Below are positions 51,801 to 62,359 of a stretch of 64,000 nucleotides of DNA, piece by piece. The position numbers were made by a program, and so were the translations under genes. Where the stretch lies: positions 50,779,815-50,843,814 of the forward strand of contig NC_058368.1 in the NCBI RefSeq assembly GCF_018350175.1, given 5' to 3'. This DNA is from Felis catus (Eukaryota). The notes below the pieces were generated by a model. The model was not told the DNA's origin. It worked only from the letters and a program-made list of their open reading frames with translations, and made no database searches. Within the stretch, counting starts at the first letter, position 1. Each line of letters begins with the position of its first letter.

Positions 51801-52321
51801 AAGTGATGAAAGAACCGAAACATTTGGTTGTATCAACTCCCTAAGAACAATTTTACATCGCCTGAGTAGCACACACAGTACGCTGAGGTCTCCCCAGAAT
51901 AATCTGCCTGTTTTAGATGAATTACAGAATATCAAACTGACTACATTGCTTGGTCCAATTTGGTCACATCTCTAACAGATAATTTGTTTAATTTGTTTTC
52001 TTCTACTATGGAAGAGTTTTTTTTTCTCCTCTTTTCTGGAATGCAGGGAGAAAATTCAGGGTCTTCATATGGCTTGGAAGTTCTGCAAAATACTCAATGG
52101 TCTGCTTTGATAGATGTAAAATGGAAGCGGTTGGATTAATTCTCCAAAATACACAACACGAGGAGACAGCATTCTTGCAGAGCACCGTACTGTATCCCAT
52201 GTGGTGTCATTCACATTGCATTCTGTGTTGTGCAACGTGGTGGCCCTATGGAGAGCATACCAGGTAAATGTGCAAGAGCAAATATTTACAGGCACGACAG
52301 GTTGTCTCTTCACCATGCAGA

Positions 52322-52500
52322 TAATAGTAGACTAACACTTACATAGTACCGACTTTTACCCGGCACTCTTCTAGCCCCGTGGAAAAGCTAACTTTATTAT
52401 CTCATTTGACACGCGAGGAAACGGAGTTAAAGAGAGATTACATGCCTTGTCCTTGGTCATAACACATTTAATCCTGGTAGTCTGCCTCCAGAATCTGGGT
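52322..52500 (-). mobile_element. MIR fragment
   Basis: 'ttattatctcatttgacacgcgaggaaacggag...gagattacatgccttgtccttggtca'. Confidence 0.7.
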
Positions 52501-52948
52501 TGGTCTGTTTTTCAAATAGAGAAAACAACAACCACATAGTCCTTGAGATCTGTGATGAAAGAAATATTTGGTAGAGCACTTAATTTATTACCTAGGCTGG
52601 GTCTTTCAAAAGCAAGCATTGGATATATTTTCTAGTAACTTATAAAAATAGAAAACAAAACGAATTGACAATGGCATCTAAGAAAGCAAATTTAATTATG
52701 TAGCAATTATTCCTTTCCTCTTAATATAATATCAAATCTGCACACGCAAAAAGTAAAGAAACCAGGTTTCTTTAGAGGGGATTATCATGCTGGATTCTCT
52801 ATTGTTCTTTTTTTTTTTTTAATGGAACATAGTGAAAGAAAAGTAATAGCTTTCTTTTTCCATATTCTTCTTTACCTTTCATGTAATAAGGTGAAAGTTA
52901 ACAAATGATGAAAATCTATATTTATAAAGAATTAACAAAATATCCTAA

Positions 52949-53236
52949 TGTTATGGAACCAGGCTGGAACGCTGGCGGAAAAACCAAGCGGCACTCGGAG
53001 ATCTTGGTGGACCGGAGATTTATTTAACACCGGTGGGCTCAGAGGAGACCGTTTCTCCAAAGATCTGAGCTCCGAATGAAGGGGGGAAGGGTAATTTATA
53101 GTCGTCAGCTTCCATATCTGTGGCGGACAAACAGGGCAAGAAGAACCTGGAAGAGGGGTCTCCAAGCCAGAGACCAGAGCTTGTTTTAGTCCCGTCAGCC
53201 GTCTTATGCTGTAAAACTTTATTCATTTTCCCAACA
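52949..53236 (-). mobile_element. Compact ERV1-type solo LTR
   Basis: TGTT...AACA termini; minus-strand TATAAA (53095-53100) then AATAAA (53019-53024); 4-bp flanks CTAA/CGAA; 12 CpGs. Confidence 0.85.
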
Positions 53237-54265
53237 CGAAGAGGAAGGCAATGCTGCTGCAGTTATTTTTCTGTTGGTTTTATTCTTGTGCTTCCTGATG
53301 ATGCTGTTTCTGATTTTTATATGATCATGTCTAATTAAAGTAAACTTTTCAGGAACGAGAGAGAACTTCTCACAGCATGTTATATAAAATTGTTTAAATA
53401 TAATTTGGTTTTATCAAACACAGAAACTATTATCCTTGGCTTGAAACAAAGCATCACCGATTTAAATGTGCCAGGCAACCACATAATATAGTTTCTTTCC
53501 ACAAGATGTATCTTCTGCTTGACAATGTTCATACATCATTCTCAGATCCTGACAGATAACATGATTGTAAAGATTTTATAACCAAGCTAGTAAAGTATGC
53601 CAAGGTTCACATAAAAGAAACTGGCAATTGGTAGAAGGTTTCTCAATAAAATGGAACATGCTTACACCCAAAAGAGCTGTTGTTAAAGATTGAGAGATAA
53701 AGACATTTGGATGGAAATTGCTTGGCAAAGTCAAAAGTAGGCGCTCCACTTGGTTCGGCACCTGAAAATGAAGGTTTCAAACATGAGTAGACATTATCCT
53801 TGGAGAGCAGGGATGAAAATTCCCATTCTAAACATTTTTAAGAATTAAAAAAAAAATGGTTCCCATCTCGGTTTGAAAGTGCCCCAAAGTAAACACATTA
53901 GAGAAAACTAAAATTATTTCAAGAAAATTTTCTTGGATTTTTCTGGAGTTTGAACAGAGTATTAGAGCCACCTTCTTGGAAAGCTGAAAAACCACATGAT
54001 TGTTTCTATTGATCAGGAAGAAAAGCTGAGGCTGCATGCAATTTATTTTGCCATTTCCATGAGAGCACAGGAATATTGCACTCAAGAGTGTTGAAAATAA
54101 TATGCCGATTCTTTAGGAGGGAGCGACAGCAGGCTCCAGTTGTGAGGCAGAGTATCCCCTGCACCTGCAGCTGCATTTGGTTCTCTAACCCAAATAGCTA
54201 GGAGAATTTTCACTTAAGACTGGAGAGTCAATGTGAGAAGCAAAAAAATAAAAAATAAAAAAGGA

Positions 54266-54291
54266 GTGTGTGTGTGTGTGTGTGTGTGTGT
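54266..54291. repeat. (GT)13 microsatellite
   Basis: Direct. Confidence 0.95.
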
Positions 54292-54297
54292 ACTTAC

Positions 54298-54328
54298 TCT
54301 GCTTATCTTTCTATTTGTCTAGCTAAGC
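54298..54328 (-). other. Candidate 31-nt non-coding/poison micro-exon
   Basis: Minus strand: catgcatctctcattctcccag|GCTTAG...GCAGA|gtaagt; motif evidence only. Confidence 0.3.
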
Positions 54329-54622
54329 CTGGGAGAATGAGAGATGCATGACTTAATAAAGGGATGTAATATCAGTAAGAGCTTTTGCTCATCCTCTGTT
54401 CTAGCTGGATTTGAAGGTCAGTGTGATTTTACCAACAAATGCTGCCTATGAGAGTCCATGGCAGAAAACAAAGATTAGCAACAAGGCACAAACAAAATAG
54501 GCAATGGAGTGGGCAGCTCTCGCCCCTCCTCCCTTGGCCCTCCTCCCACCTCCCAACCTGAGCCTCCCTGCCTGAATCTTGTGGGCCAACAACAGATGTT
54601 AGAGCTTTGTTCTTTTGTTTTC

Positions 54623-54713
54623 TTTTTTCTGTTTTTTTAATATTAAATATAATGTATTTTCAGATTGGTTTCCATACACACCCAGTGCTCATCCCAACAG
54701 GTGCCCTCCTCAA
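54623..54713 (-). mobile_element. Extremely 5'-truncated carnivore L1 3' end
   Basis: 'ttggtttccatacacacccagtgctcatcccaacaggtgccctcctcaa' is the antisense carnivore L1 3' terminus; perfect 16-bp TSD ttgttcttttgttttc at 54607-54622 and 54714-54729. Confidence 0.9.
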
Positions 54714-55113
54714 TTGTTCTTTTGTTTTCAAATAGCAAAGAGCTCCCTGAGTTAACTCACCTGGGGCAGGGGTGGAGGTGGGGGGGGCGGCCATGAAGGG
54801 CTTGATTATACAAATGCTCATTTGAAGACTTGAATCTGCAGTACAAACTATTCCTTCCCTTTCCTTTTGCCTCTCTTCATCCCTGGTCCACCACGCACAT
54901 TTCTCTTTTAGGCCCTCTACCCATTTAGATCTTGTCCGCTCCTTTATAATTTCAGTTTGTTCATGGCTTTGGCTAGTCACAGTCCTTATCCATGGCTCTT
55001 TTTCAAAAAAGAAAATTCTGTTTTGCTTTGATTTCAGATTCCCAAGATAGACATTGTGGTTAGCTCAATTCATTCTTTTGTGTCTGGTCATAGTTCATTA
55101 AATATTTGGTCAC

Positions 55114-55776
55114 TGTTATAGCTTGAATTGTGTCCCCTTAAAAAAATATATCGAGGGGCGCCTGGGTGGCTCAGTCGGTTAAGCGTCCGACTTCGGCTCA
55201 GGTCATGATCTCGTGGTCCGTGAGTTCGAGCCCCACATCGGGCTCCGTGCTGACCGCTCAGAGCCTGGAGCCTGTTTCAGATTCTGTGTCTCCCTCTCTC
55301 TGACCCTCCCCCATTCATGCTTTGTCTCTCTGTCTCAAAAATAAATAAATGTTAAAAAAAAATTAAAAAAAGAAAAGATATGTCGATGTCCTTACCCTCC
55401 CGGTACTTGTGAATGTGACTTTATTTGGAAATAGAGTCTCTGCAGATGTATTCAAGTTAAGATGCGGCTACTGGGGTGGGCCCTTAATCCATTACAACCA
55501 GTATCCTTAAAAGAAGAGGGAAATTTGGACGCAGGCACAGAGGAAAGATGCACATACAGGCTGAGTCAGAGATTGGGATAATACTTCCATAAAGGAAGGA
55601 ATGCTGGAGCTACCAGAAGCTGGAAGGGACAAGGAGGGATCCTCCCTCCCTTATAGTCTCCTTCTAACACCTTAATTTTGGACTTTCGGCCTCCAGAACT
55701 GTGAGGGAATATATTTCTGTTACTTGAATCCACTCAGTTTGTGGTATTTCATTACAGTAGCCCTAGAAAACTAATA
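55114..55776 (+). mobile_element. MLT1 (B/C-like) LTR, full length, interrupted by a SINE
   Basis: 'tgttatagcttgaattgtgtcccc...gaatgtgactttatttggaaatag...cctccagaactgtgag...aaactaata'; 5-bp TSD GTCAC. Confidence 0.93.
55155..55372 (+). mobile_element. Can-SINE
   Basis: TSD aaaa(a/g)atat(a/g)tcga. Confidence 0.97.
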
Positions 55777-55934
55777 GTCACCTTAGTCAATTGTCCAACC
55801 TTGATCCGCATATTTGGATGCCCAAAGTATGACATTTTTGCACATTAGCTGAGCTTGTGGGAACATATTTTTCCCTTAGAAATTGTGGGAATAAATAACT
55901 GATGTCCACGTCTCTTGTCAAGAACATACCTGGT

Positions 55935-56116
55935 GGGGTATCAGAGTGGCTGTTGATTAACCATCCAGCTCTTGATTTCAGCTCAGGTCATGATCCCAGG
56001 GTCATGAGATTGAGCCCCGCATTGGACTCTGCACTGGGTGTGGAGCCTGCTTGAGATTTTCTCTCCCTCTCCCTCCCCCACTCCCATGCATGTACGTGTG
56101 TGCGCACTCTCTCACA

Positions 56117-56147
<31 letters not shown>

Positions 56148-56159
56148 GAAAGAAAGAAA
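55935..56159 (+). mobile_element. Can-SINE (older)
   Basis: TSD aagaacatac(c/g)tggt. Confidence 0.94.
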
Positions 56160-56549
56160 AAGAACATACGTGGTGACTCTTGTTAAATAAAAAGGGGGGG
56201 GTGAGTCTGTTTTTTTTTTTTTTTCCGTCAGAGGTGCATGGTTTATTCTCCAATTTCTAGGAAGGGAAATTTTTTCAAAAGGAAGAAAAAATCAGTTCTT
56301 TCTTCTAAAACTGAAACTAATGAAGTTCTTTGAAAATATCTCCCTCCCTCCCCCACTCCCGCCATGTTCTCATACTTTTCAAGAGAAAATCTAAATATAG
56401 GAAAGATTCCATACTTAACACCGACCATCATTCTTTATGTTTTTTAATTCTTCTCTTCTCATTAGTGTTGCGAGAGGTACTATAACCTGAAATAAAGCCC
56501 AAGAAAGAAACAGCCACAATGTGCTAGCCAACATACCACAGTTAGTCCC

Positions 56550-56682
56550 TTTTATTTTTATGTAGTGAGATGTAATTGATATATAACATTGTGTAAGCTT
56601 AAGGTGTACAACATGTTGATTTGGTAAATTTATATATGGCAATACTATCACCAAGGTAGCATTAGCTAACATCTCTATCATG
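56550..56682 (-). mobile_element. L1MA/MB-type 3' end fragment
   Basis: 'atataacattgtgtaagcttaaggtgtacaacatgttgattt...tagcattagctaacatctctatca'. Confidence 0.8.
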
Positions 56683-56769
56683 CTACTTGGTTGCCAACAT
56701 GGCAGCAGAGAAATGGGGAAGTGAAGATATGGGGCAGTTGGAGAAGGGAAACAGGAGGGACCCTGAAAC

Positions 56770-56960
56770 AGCTCTTTAAGGGGCCAGGTAGTAGAGGCTG
56801 TTGGCTTTGCAGGCCGTTCAGTGTCGGCCACAAGTTTTAGCACAAAAGCTACCATAGGTAGCAAGCAAATGAATGGGCATATCCCATTGCAGTAAAATTT
56901 TGCAAGAGTTGGGAGAGGGGTTGGATTTGGCCTGCAGGCCATGGTTTGCCAACCCCGTTC
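56770..56960. mobile_element. MER58-like hAT DNA transposon
   Basis: 'aaggggccaggtagta...ggctttgcaggcc...ggatttggcctgcaggccatggtttgccaacccc'. Confidence 0.8.
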
Positions 56961-57874
56961 TAGAGGATCAGTGCCAACACCTGTGGTTGCTGATGAGCTT
57001 CTTCCCTGGTCGGCACCCAGCATGGAAGCGTATGACATCATAATCAGGAGGACGCTGCTCCTCATGACCTCTTTGCCTGTATCGCCAAAGATGGGTCTCA
57101 GCTCCAGTCAGTTACAGTGTATAGGAACACATGCAGTCAGTGAGAGTGCCTTCAAGGCATTACCCCCAAGGAGCTCCTTAAAGATGTGTTAGGACCTTCC
57201 TCTGCCCCTTGAGACATTTGAGACAATCTCAGAATTTCAGTGTCTGTTTTGTCATTTGTTGGCATCCTGCCATACGAATACTCTATCTCAGACACAATAG
57301 CAGCATGATGGGCAAAAGAAATCCTTACCACGATTTTACCAAGAGGCAGAAACTCATACAGGTGTACAGTCCCACAGCAGCTAATACACGCAGCCTGATG
57401 TTACCACTGAACAAATGCTTAATTAAAGTAGAGTGCATATGAGTGCCTCCTCATGTCCCTCGAAGCAAAAAACTAAATTGGTCCTCCATTCTACAAGGAC
57501 AGAACACAATATATACTGCCACTGGCCACAGAGAGACATAAGATGATGCCATCCTGGCCAATTCTCAGAGCCATTCACGTGATCGATTAAAATTACAATG
57601 GCCTTGAACCCACAAACACATGCTCAGAATGTTACTAGTTGCAACAGCTCCTGTGTAAGGTCAAAGGCAGACCCAAGATGCCACAGTATCCTGACCTCTC
57701 AGCATCCAAATATCTCTAAGACCCTGTATCATGAGATGGAATCTCAGACCTAAAACACTTCCATTTATAGTGGAAAATCCCATCATAGGAAGAAAAAAAA
57801 AAAAAAAAAACAGCAAACAACAACAGAAAACCTAGAAAACAGAGAACATTTTGCAGCCCCTTTCCTTCTAATGA

Positions 57875-58066
57875 TGTGATGTGTTGGATTTGGTTTATAC
57901 CAGCTTGTCAGCACTAAATGTCAAATTTTCAGAAATTTTGTGAGCCAATTGACATCACATTGTAGTTTAAAATCAGCCATCTTGGGAATATTTATTTCAC
58001 AAACATCAGCAAATCTACACATTTTTCCATGGAGACTGATCTTAAACATTTACCAGAACATCACTG
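57875..58066. mobile_element. MER63-like hAT DNA transposon
   Basis: Termini 'gtgatgtgttgg' and 'aaacatttaccagaacatcactg'; internal 'aaattttgtgagccaattgacatcac'. Confidence 0.7.
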
Positions 58067-59079
58067 ACCCTGTTCCTGCCTTAATGCGCTAGCCAGAATG
58101 TCCTTATTTTTTGATCAGGTGTTTCACCTTGAGCTGTCCAGCCTACTTGACCACCATGATTCAGCCTCTCAATGCCTTCCACTTTGGAATCTACCTGTTT
58201 CATTATCCTCCCCGTCACAAAACAAGAAAGAAAGGAAGTCAGCTGTTATTTCTCCCAGCGACAACACATCTGGTCCACACATCAAGAATCCATCTCATAA
58301 TCCCTCACGATACTCCTACAGCAGTAACAGCTGTTAGCACCAAGATCATTCTGCGACCCAACCCCTCCACCCCTAAATCCTCCAAAAGGGTGTATAAAAT
58401 ACTTTTAAAAGATCAAATTTAAAAGTGAGCAATCGATGAAACTAAGGTAACACTGCGTGCCAATGATACTTCAACAAAAGAAATAAATAAAAGTGAGCAT
58501 TGCAAAATATTTAGCGATAAATATTTTAATTTCAGATTACGTCAAAAGGAGCACATCCCCCATAAGAAATACAGAGTAAGACTCACTCTTCAGACAGGCT
58601 GCTTCTGCAAAGTTGAGAAGAAAGAGCAGCTGTGAATTTTGGCTCCAGTCCAGTTTGATAAGTTAGAGATGGTCTGCGGCTGTTCATGGAAATTTTAATG
58701 TTCACAACTCCACTCTTTAAGATCCATAACAGGGATTGTTTATCCCTTGCGGTTTGCAATTGATTTCTCTCCCACAGAAGGGGAAATAAGCTTTGTTCTA
58801 ACAGTAAACTCTTCTAGACTGCAATAATAACATAAGATGATGAATCCTATTCTTTCATTATTTTTATAACTGTGCTCCTCCTGCCCTCCCCTCTATGTTT
58901 CTGGCGCCTAATGAGACAGAAAAAAATACCGATGTAAATGGCCAATTTATAGATCATTCCTGAGAATTTATACATAAAATGCTATTCTGACTAAAAAGAA
59001 TCATCCTCATTAGTCAGTCATAATGTATATATCTCTACCATTAGAGATTCATTCCTTTGGCTTAAAAATTGCTATATTA

Positions 59080-59265
59080 GGGGCGCCTGGGTGGCTCGGT
59101 CAGTTAAGCATCCAACTTCGGCTCAGATCATGATCTCTCAGTTTGTGAGTTTGAGCCCCACATTGGGCTCTCTGCTGTCAGCACAGAGCCACCTCTTGCC
59201 CCTCTGGCTGCCCTTCCCCCACTCATGCTCTCTCTCTAAAATAAATAAACATTTTAAAAAGTTAT
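59080..59265 (+). mobile_element. Can-SINE
   Basis: TSD aaaaatt(g/a)ctatatta. Confidence 0.95.
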
Positions 59266-59826
59266 AAAAAATTACTATATTAAACCATTCACATTTCAGT
59301 ACAAGCCCAATTATCCAAAACTGGAAAAACTTATATTCTTCACACTGAATCTTTGGGTGCCTGGAGTTAATGAGGAATTAACTGCATTAAATAAATAAAT
59401 AAACTGCATTAAAGGAATACATATATGAGCTTAGACTTGACCAAAAGAGAACTTGATGAAGGAAATATAGTTTCTTTGAGGTGTGCCTGAAAACAGTACC
59501 AGCACATGTTTATCTCCACATCGCAGGGTAAGATGTCAGGTAATATACCCAGGATCACAGCATTAGTAGGTAGTAGAACTAAGAGTTGAGAGCCAGACCT
59601 GACTTCAAGACTCTAGTCTTTTTCTTGGGTTGCTCAGGGGAGTAGAAATAAGGCTTTCAGCATTATGGCATGTTTTTATCCTGAATGACAACTACCATAG
59701 TCTATGGCAGTGTTAACCGGTCTGTGGCAAAAATCTTTGGCCAAAGCATGATCTAAGGATTTCATTTTCTGTTACTTAAAACCCAGTAATGGAAAGGTAA
59801 CACTAGAGTTTTCATTTAGTAGTGCT

Positions 59827-60271
59827 TGTATTTGTTTTCCGGGGCTGCTCTAACAGATTATCACAAACTGTGTGGCTTAAAACAACAGAAATTTATTTTC
59901 TCACGGTGCTGGGACGAAAGTTCAAAATCAAGGTGTCAGCAGGGCCACGCTCGCCCCGGAGGCTACAGCGGGGAGCCCTCTTCTTTACTCTTCCAGCTGC
60001 TGGCAGCTGCAGGCGTTCCTTGGCTGGTGGCCGCAGCCCTGTCTCCACATAGCCTTCTCGTCTGCTCGTCTGTGTCACTTCCTTGCCTCTCTACGACAAA
60101 GGTATTTGTGATGACATTGAGGAGCCATCCAGATAATCCAGAGTAATTGCCTTATCTCGAAATCCTTAACCTAACTGCACCTGCAAATACCCCTTTTCCA
60201 ATGAAAAGGAATTACCAGTTTTAAGGATTGGTACTTACTCCCTTTGGGTCATAATTATTCAACCTACTGTA
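59827..60271 (-). mobile_element. MLT1 (D-like) LTR
   Basis: 'ggggctgctctaacagattatcacaaactgtgtggcttaaaacaacagaaatttatt...aaatcaaggtgtcagcagggcc...attcaacctact'. Confidence 0.92.
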
Positions 60272-60717
60272 ATATACTTGGTGAAATCTATTTTTCACTC
60301 ACATACAGGAGAACTACATGTAGTGGTAGTTAGGTTATCAATCTATATTTGCTTCTTTGGACAGAATAGACAAGATACTACTCTTTATCCCTTCTCGTCC
60401 CTATTATCTTCCACACCACCTTCATCCCCTGCTAAACTGGGTCATGTTTAGAGGAATCTGTTCCTGGAGTACAGGTGGGCCATAGGCCGTAACACTGCCT
60501 TTAAACAGTAGTTTAAGTAGCCTAGGGGCTACCAGAGCCCCTGCTATGGGTCCTGTACTTTCAAGGCGCTCACTCCGGCCTCACTACCGGCTGCACCCCT
60601 CCCTACAAGGCAAAGTGTCCACGGTTCAGGAGAGTGCCTACCTAGAGTTCATTCCCTCCCTTTCCCATTCTAGATCACATTCTGGGAACCTGCAATGTTA
60701 AGAGATTGCCCAAAGAT

Positions 60718-60920
60718 GGGGCGCCTGGGGGGCTCAGTCAGTTAAGTGTCCGACTTCAGCTCACATCACGATCTCATGGTTTGTGGGTTCAAGCCCCACA
60801 TCATGCTCTGTGCTGACAGCTCAGATTCTGTGTCTCCCTCTCTCTCTCTCTCTGCCCCTCCCCTGTTCGTGTTCTGTCTCTCAAAAATAAGTAACTGTTA
60901 AAAAATTTTTTTAAAAACAT
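60718..60920 (+). mobile_element. Can-SINE
   Basis: TSD attgcccaaaga. Confidence 0.95.
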
Positions 60921-61295
60921 ATTGCCCAAAGACCCCTATGTGTTTCCTCCCAAAGATGGACAGGACTGCTCACATGGACACTCCCAGCCCTGAGAGATGC
61001 CCAAGATGAAGCTATTTCAGGTGTGGATTCACGTGGATGAAGAGACTGGGACATCTATACACATGCACTCCAGGCCAGAGCCAGGTGTGGGAAATGAAGG
61101 CTGAGAGCATCTATTCACTCTGTGACCCAAAGCCCTGAAAATGTTACAGGTGGGTCTGGTGGTGAAGATGGGGATTAAGGCAAAACCAGGCGTGGCTAAG
61201 AACCGCTCATCATGACAGGGTAGGAGACAGGAGAATACTAGATCATTTTGAATGGCCAAGTAACTACTCTGCTGATTTATTATCTACCAAATGCT

Positions 61296-61365
61296 ATAGA
61301 TGATAGATGATAGATAGATAGATAGATGATAGAGAGATAGAGATAGAGATAGAGATAGAGAGATA
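61296..61365. repeat. (GATA)n/(GATAGA)n microsatellite
   Basis: Direct. Confidence 0.9.
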
Positions 61366-61399
61366 TGATTGCTTTAATATGTTAATGGGCTTAATAATG

Positions 61400-61855
61400 T
61401 TCCTACCCTTTGACTCAATAATTTTACTTCCTAAAATCTAATCCCTGAAAATATTTCAAAATACAGAAAAGGATTCATAGACAGATTTTCATCACCCTAT
61501 TTTTTAAGATAGTAAAAAGGGAAGCATCCGAACTGCCCGGTAACAGATGGCTAAATAAGCTGTGATATATTGAAATAAATATAACGGAGCTTATAAAAAC
61601 AATGTTTACAAACTGTTGTACAAGGTATAAAATATGTATAATTTTGAATAAAAAATAAAATATATATGGTCCAAAATGAGTACTGTAAAAGGGTCCCACC
61701 TGTGTAAAAACAAATCCTAGGAAAAAAAATGACTTCAAGGAAATAACCAAAATATTAGTTACCTACAGAAAGTAGGATTCTGGATTACTTTTGTTACACT
61801 TCATAATCTAATTAACAAATTGTCTGCAATAACACACATTACTTGTACAACCAGA
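61400..61855 (+). mobile_element. Degraded L1ME 3' region
   Basis: 'accctttgactcaataattttacttcctaaaatctaatccc', 'gatggctaaataagctgtgatatat'. Confidence 0.65.
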
Positions 61856-61981
61856 TTTTGAGAAGCAACACTAAAAGTAAAATACCGATACTACTTACAC
61901 ATGGTGTTAATCAGTTTCTTCCCCAAAGCACACAAGATAGCAGTTGAAAGACTGCAGGGTGTGGGGATGTGGACTGTGTAT

Positions 61982-62058
61982 AAAAAGGAAAGAAAGAAAG
62001 GGAAGAAAGAAGAAGGAAGGAAGGAAGGAAGGAAGGAAAGAAGGAAGGAAGGAGAAAG

Positions 62059-62109
<51 letters not shown>

Positions 62110-62227
62110 AAAAAGAAAGAAAGAAAGAAGAAAGAAAAGGAAAGAAAGAAAGAAAGAAGAAAGAAAAGGAAAGAAGAAAGAAGGGAAGAAAGAAAAGGAA
62201 GGAAGGAAGGAAGGAAGGAAGGAGAGA

Positions 62228-62258
<31 letters not shown>

Positions 62259-62326
62259 AAGAAAGAAAAGGAAAGAAGAAAGAAGGGAAGAAAGAAAAGG
62301 AAGGAAGGAAGGAGAAAGAAAGAAGA
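61982..62326. repeat. 345-nt pure purine (GAAA/GGAA) compound microsatellite
   Basis: Direct: no C or T on the + strand between 61982 and 62326. Confidence 0.97.
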
Positions 62327-62359
62327 CAACAGCAAAACAACTTTGGAAACTAGAAAGCG

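Noticed and set aside
52120..52263. Alternative frame 'NGSGWINSPKY...' reminiscent of a CUB-domain start
   Set aside because: It lacks the downstream CUB C-x-W pattern and has an in-frame stop just upstream.
56415..57065. Longest ORF in the window (216 aa, minus strand)
   Set aside because: It runs through a MER58-like element and an L1 3' fragment and has no recognisable domain; probably a chance ORF.
3022..60920. tRNA-like A/B-box heads, and repeated units superficially like an array
   Set aside because: These are dispersed tRNA-derived SINE heads with CT tracts, A tails and TSDs, not tRNA genes or a CRISPR-like array.
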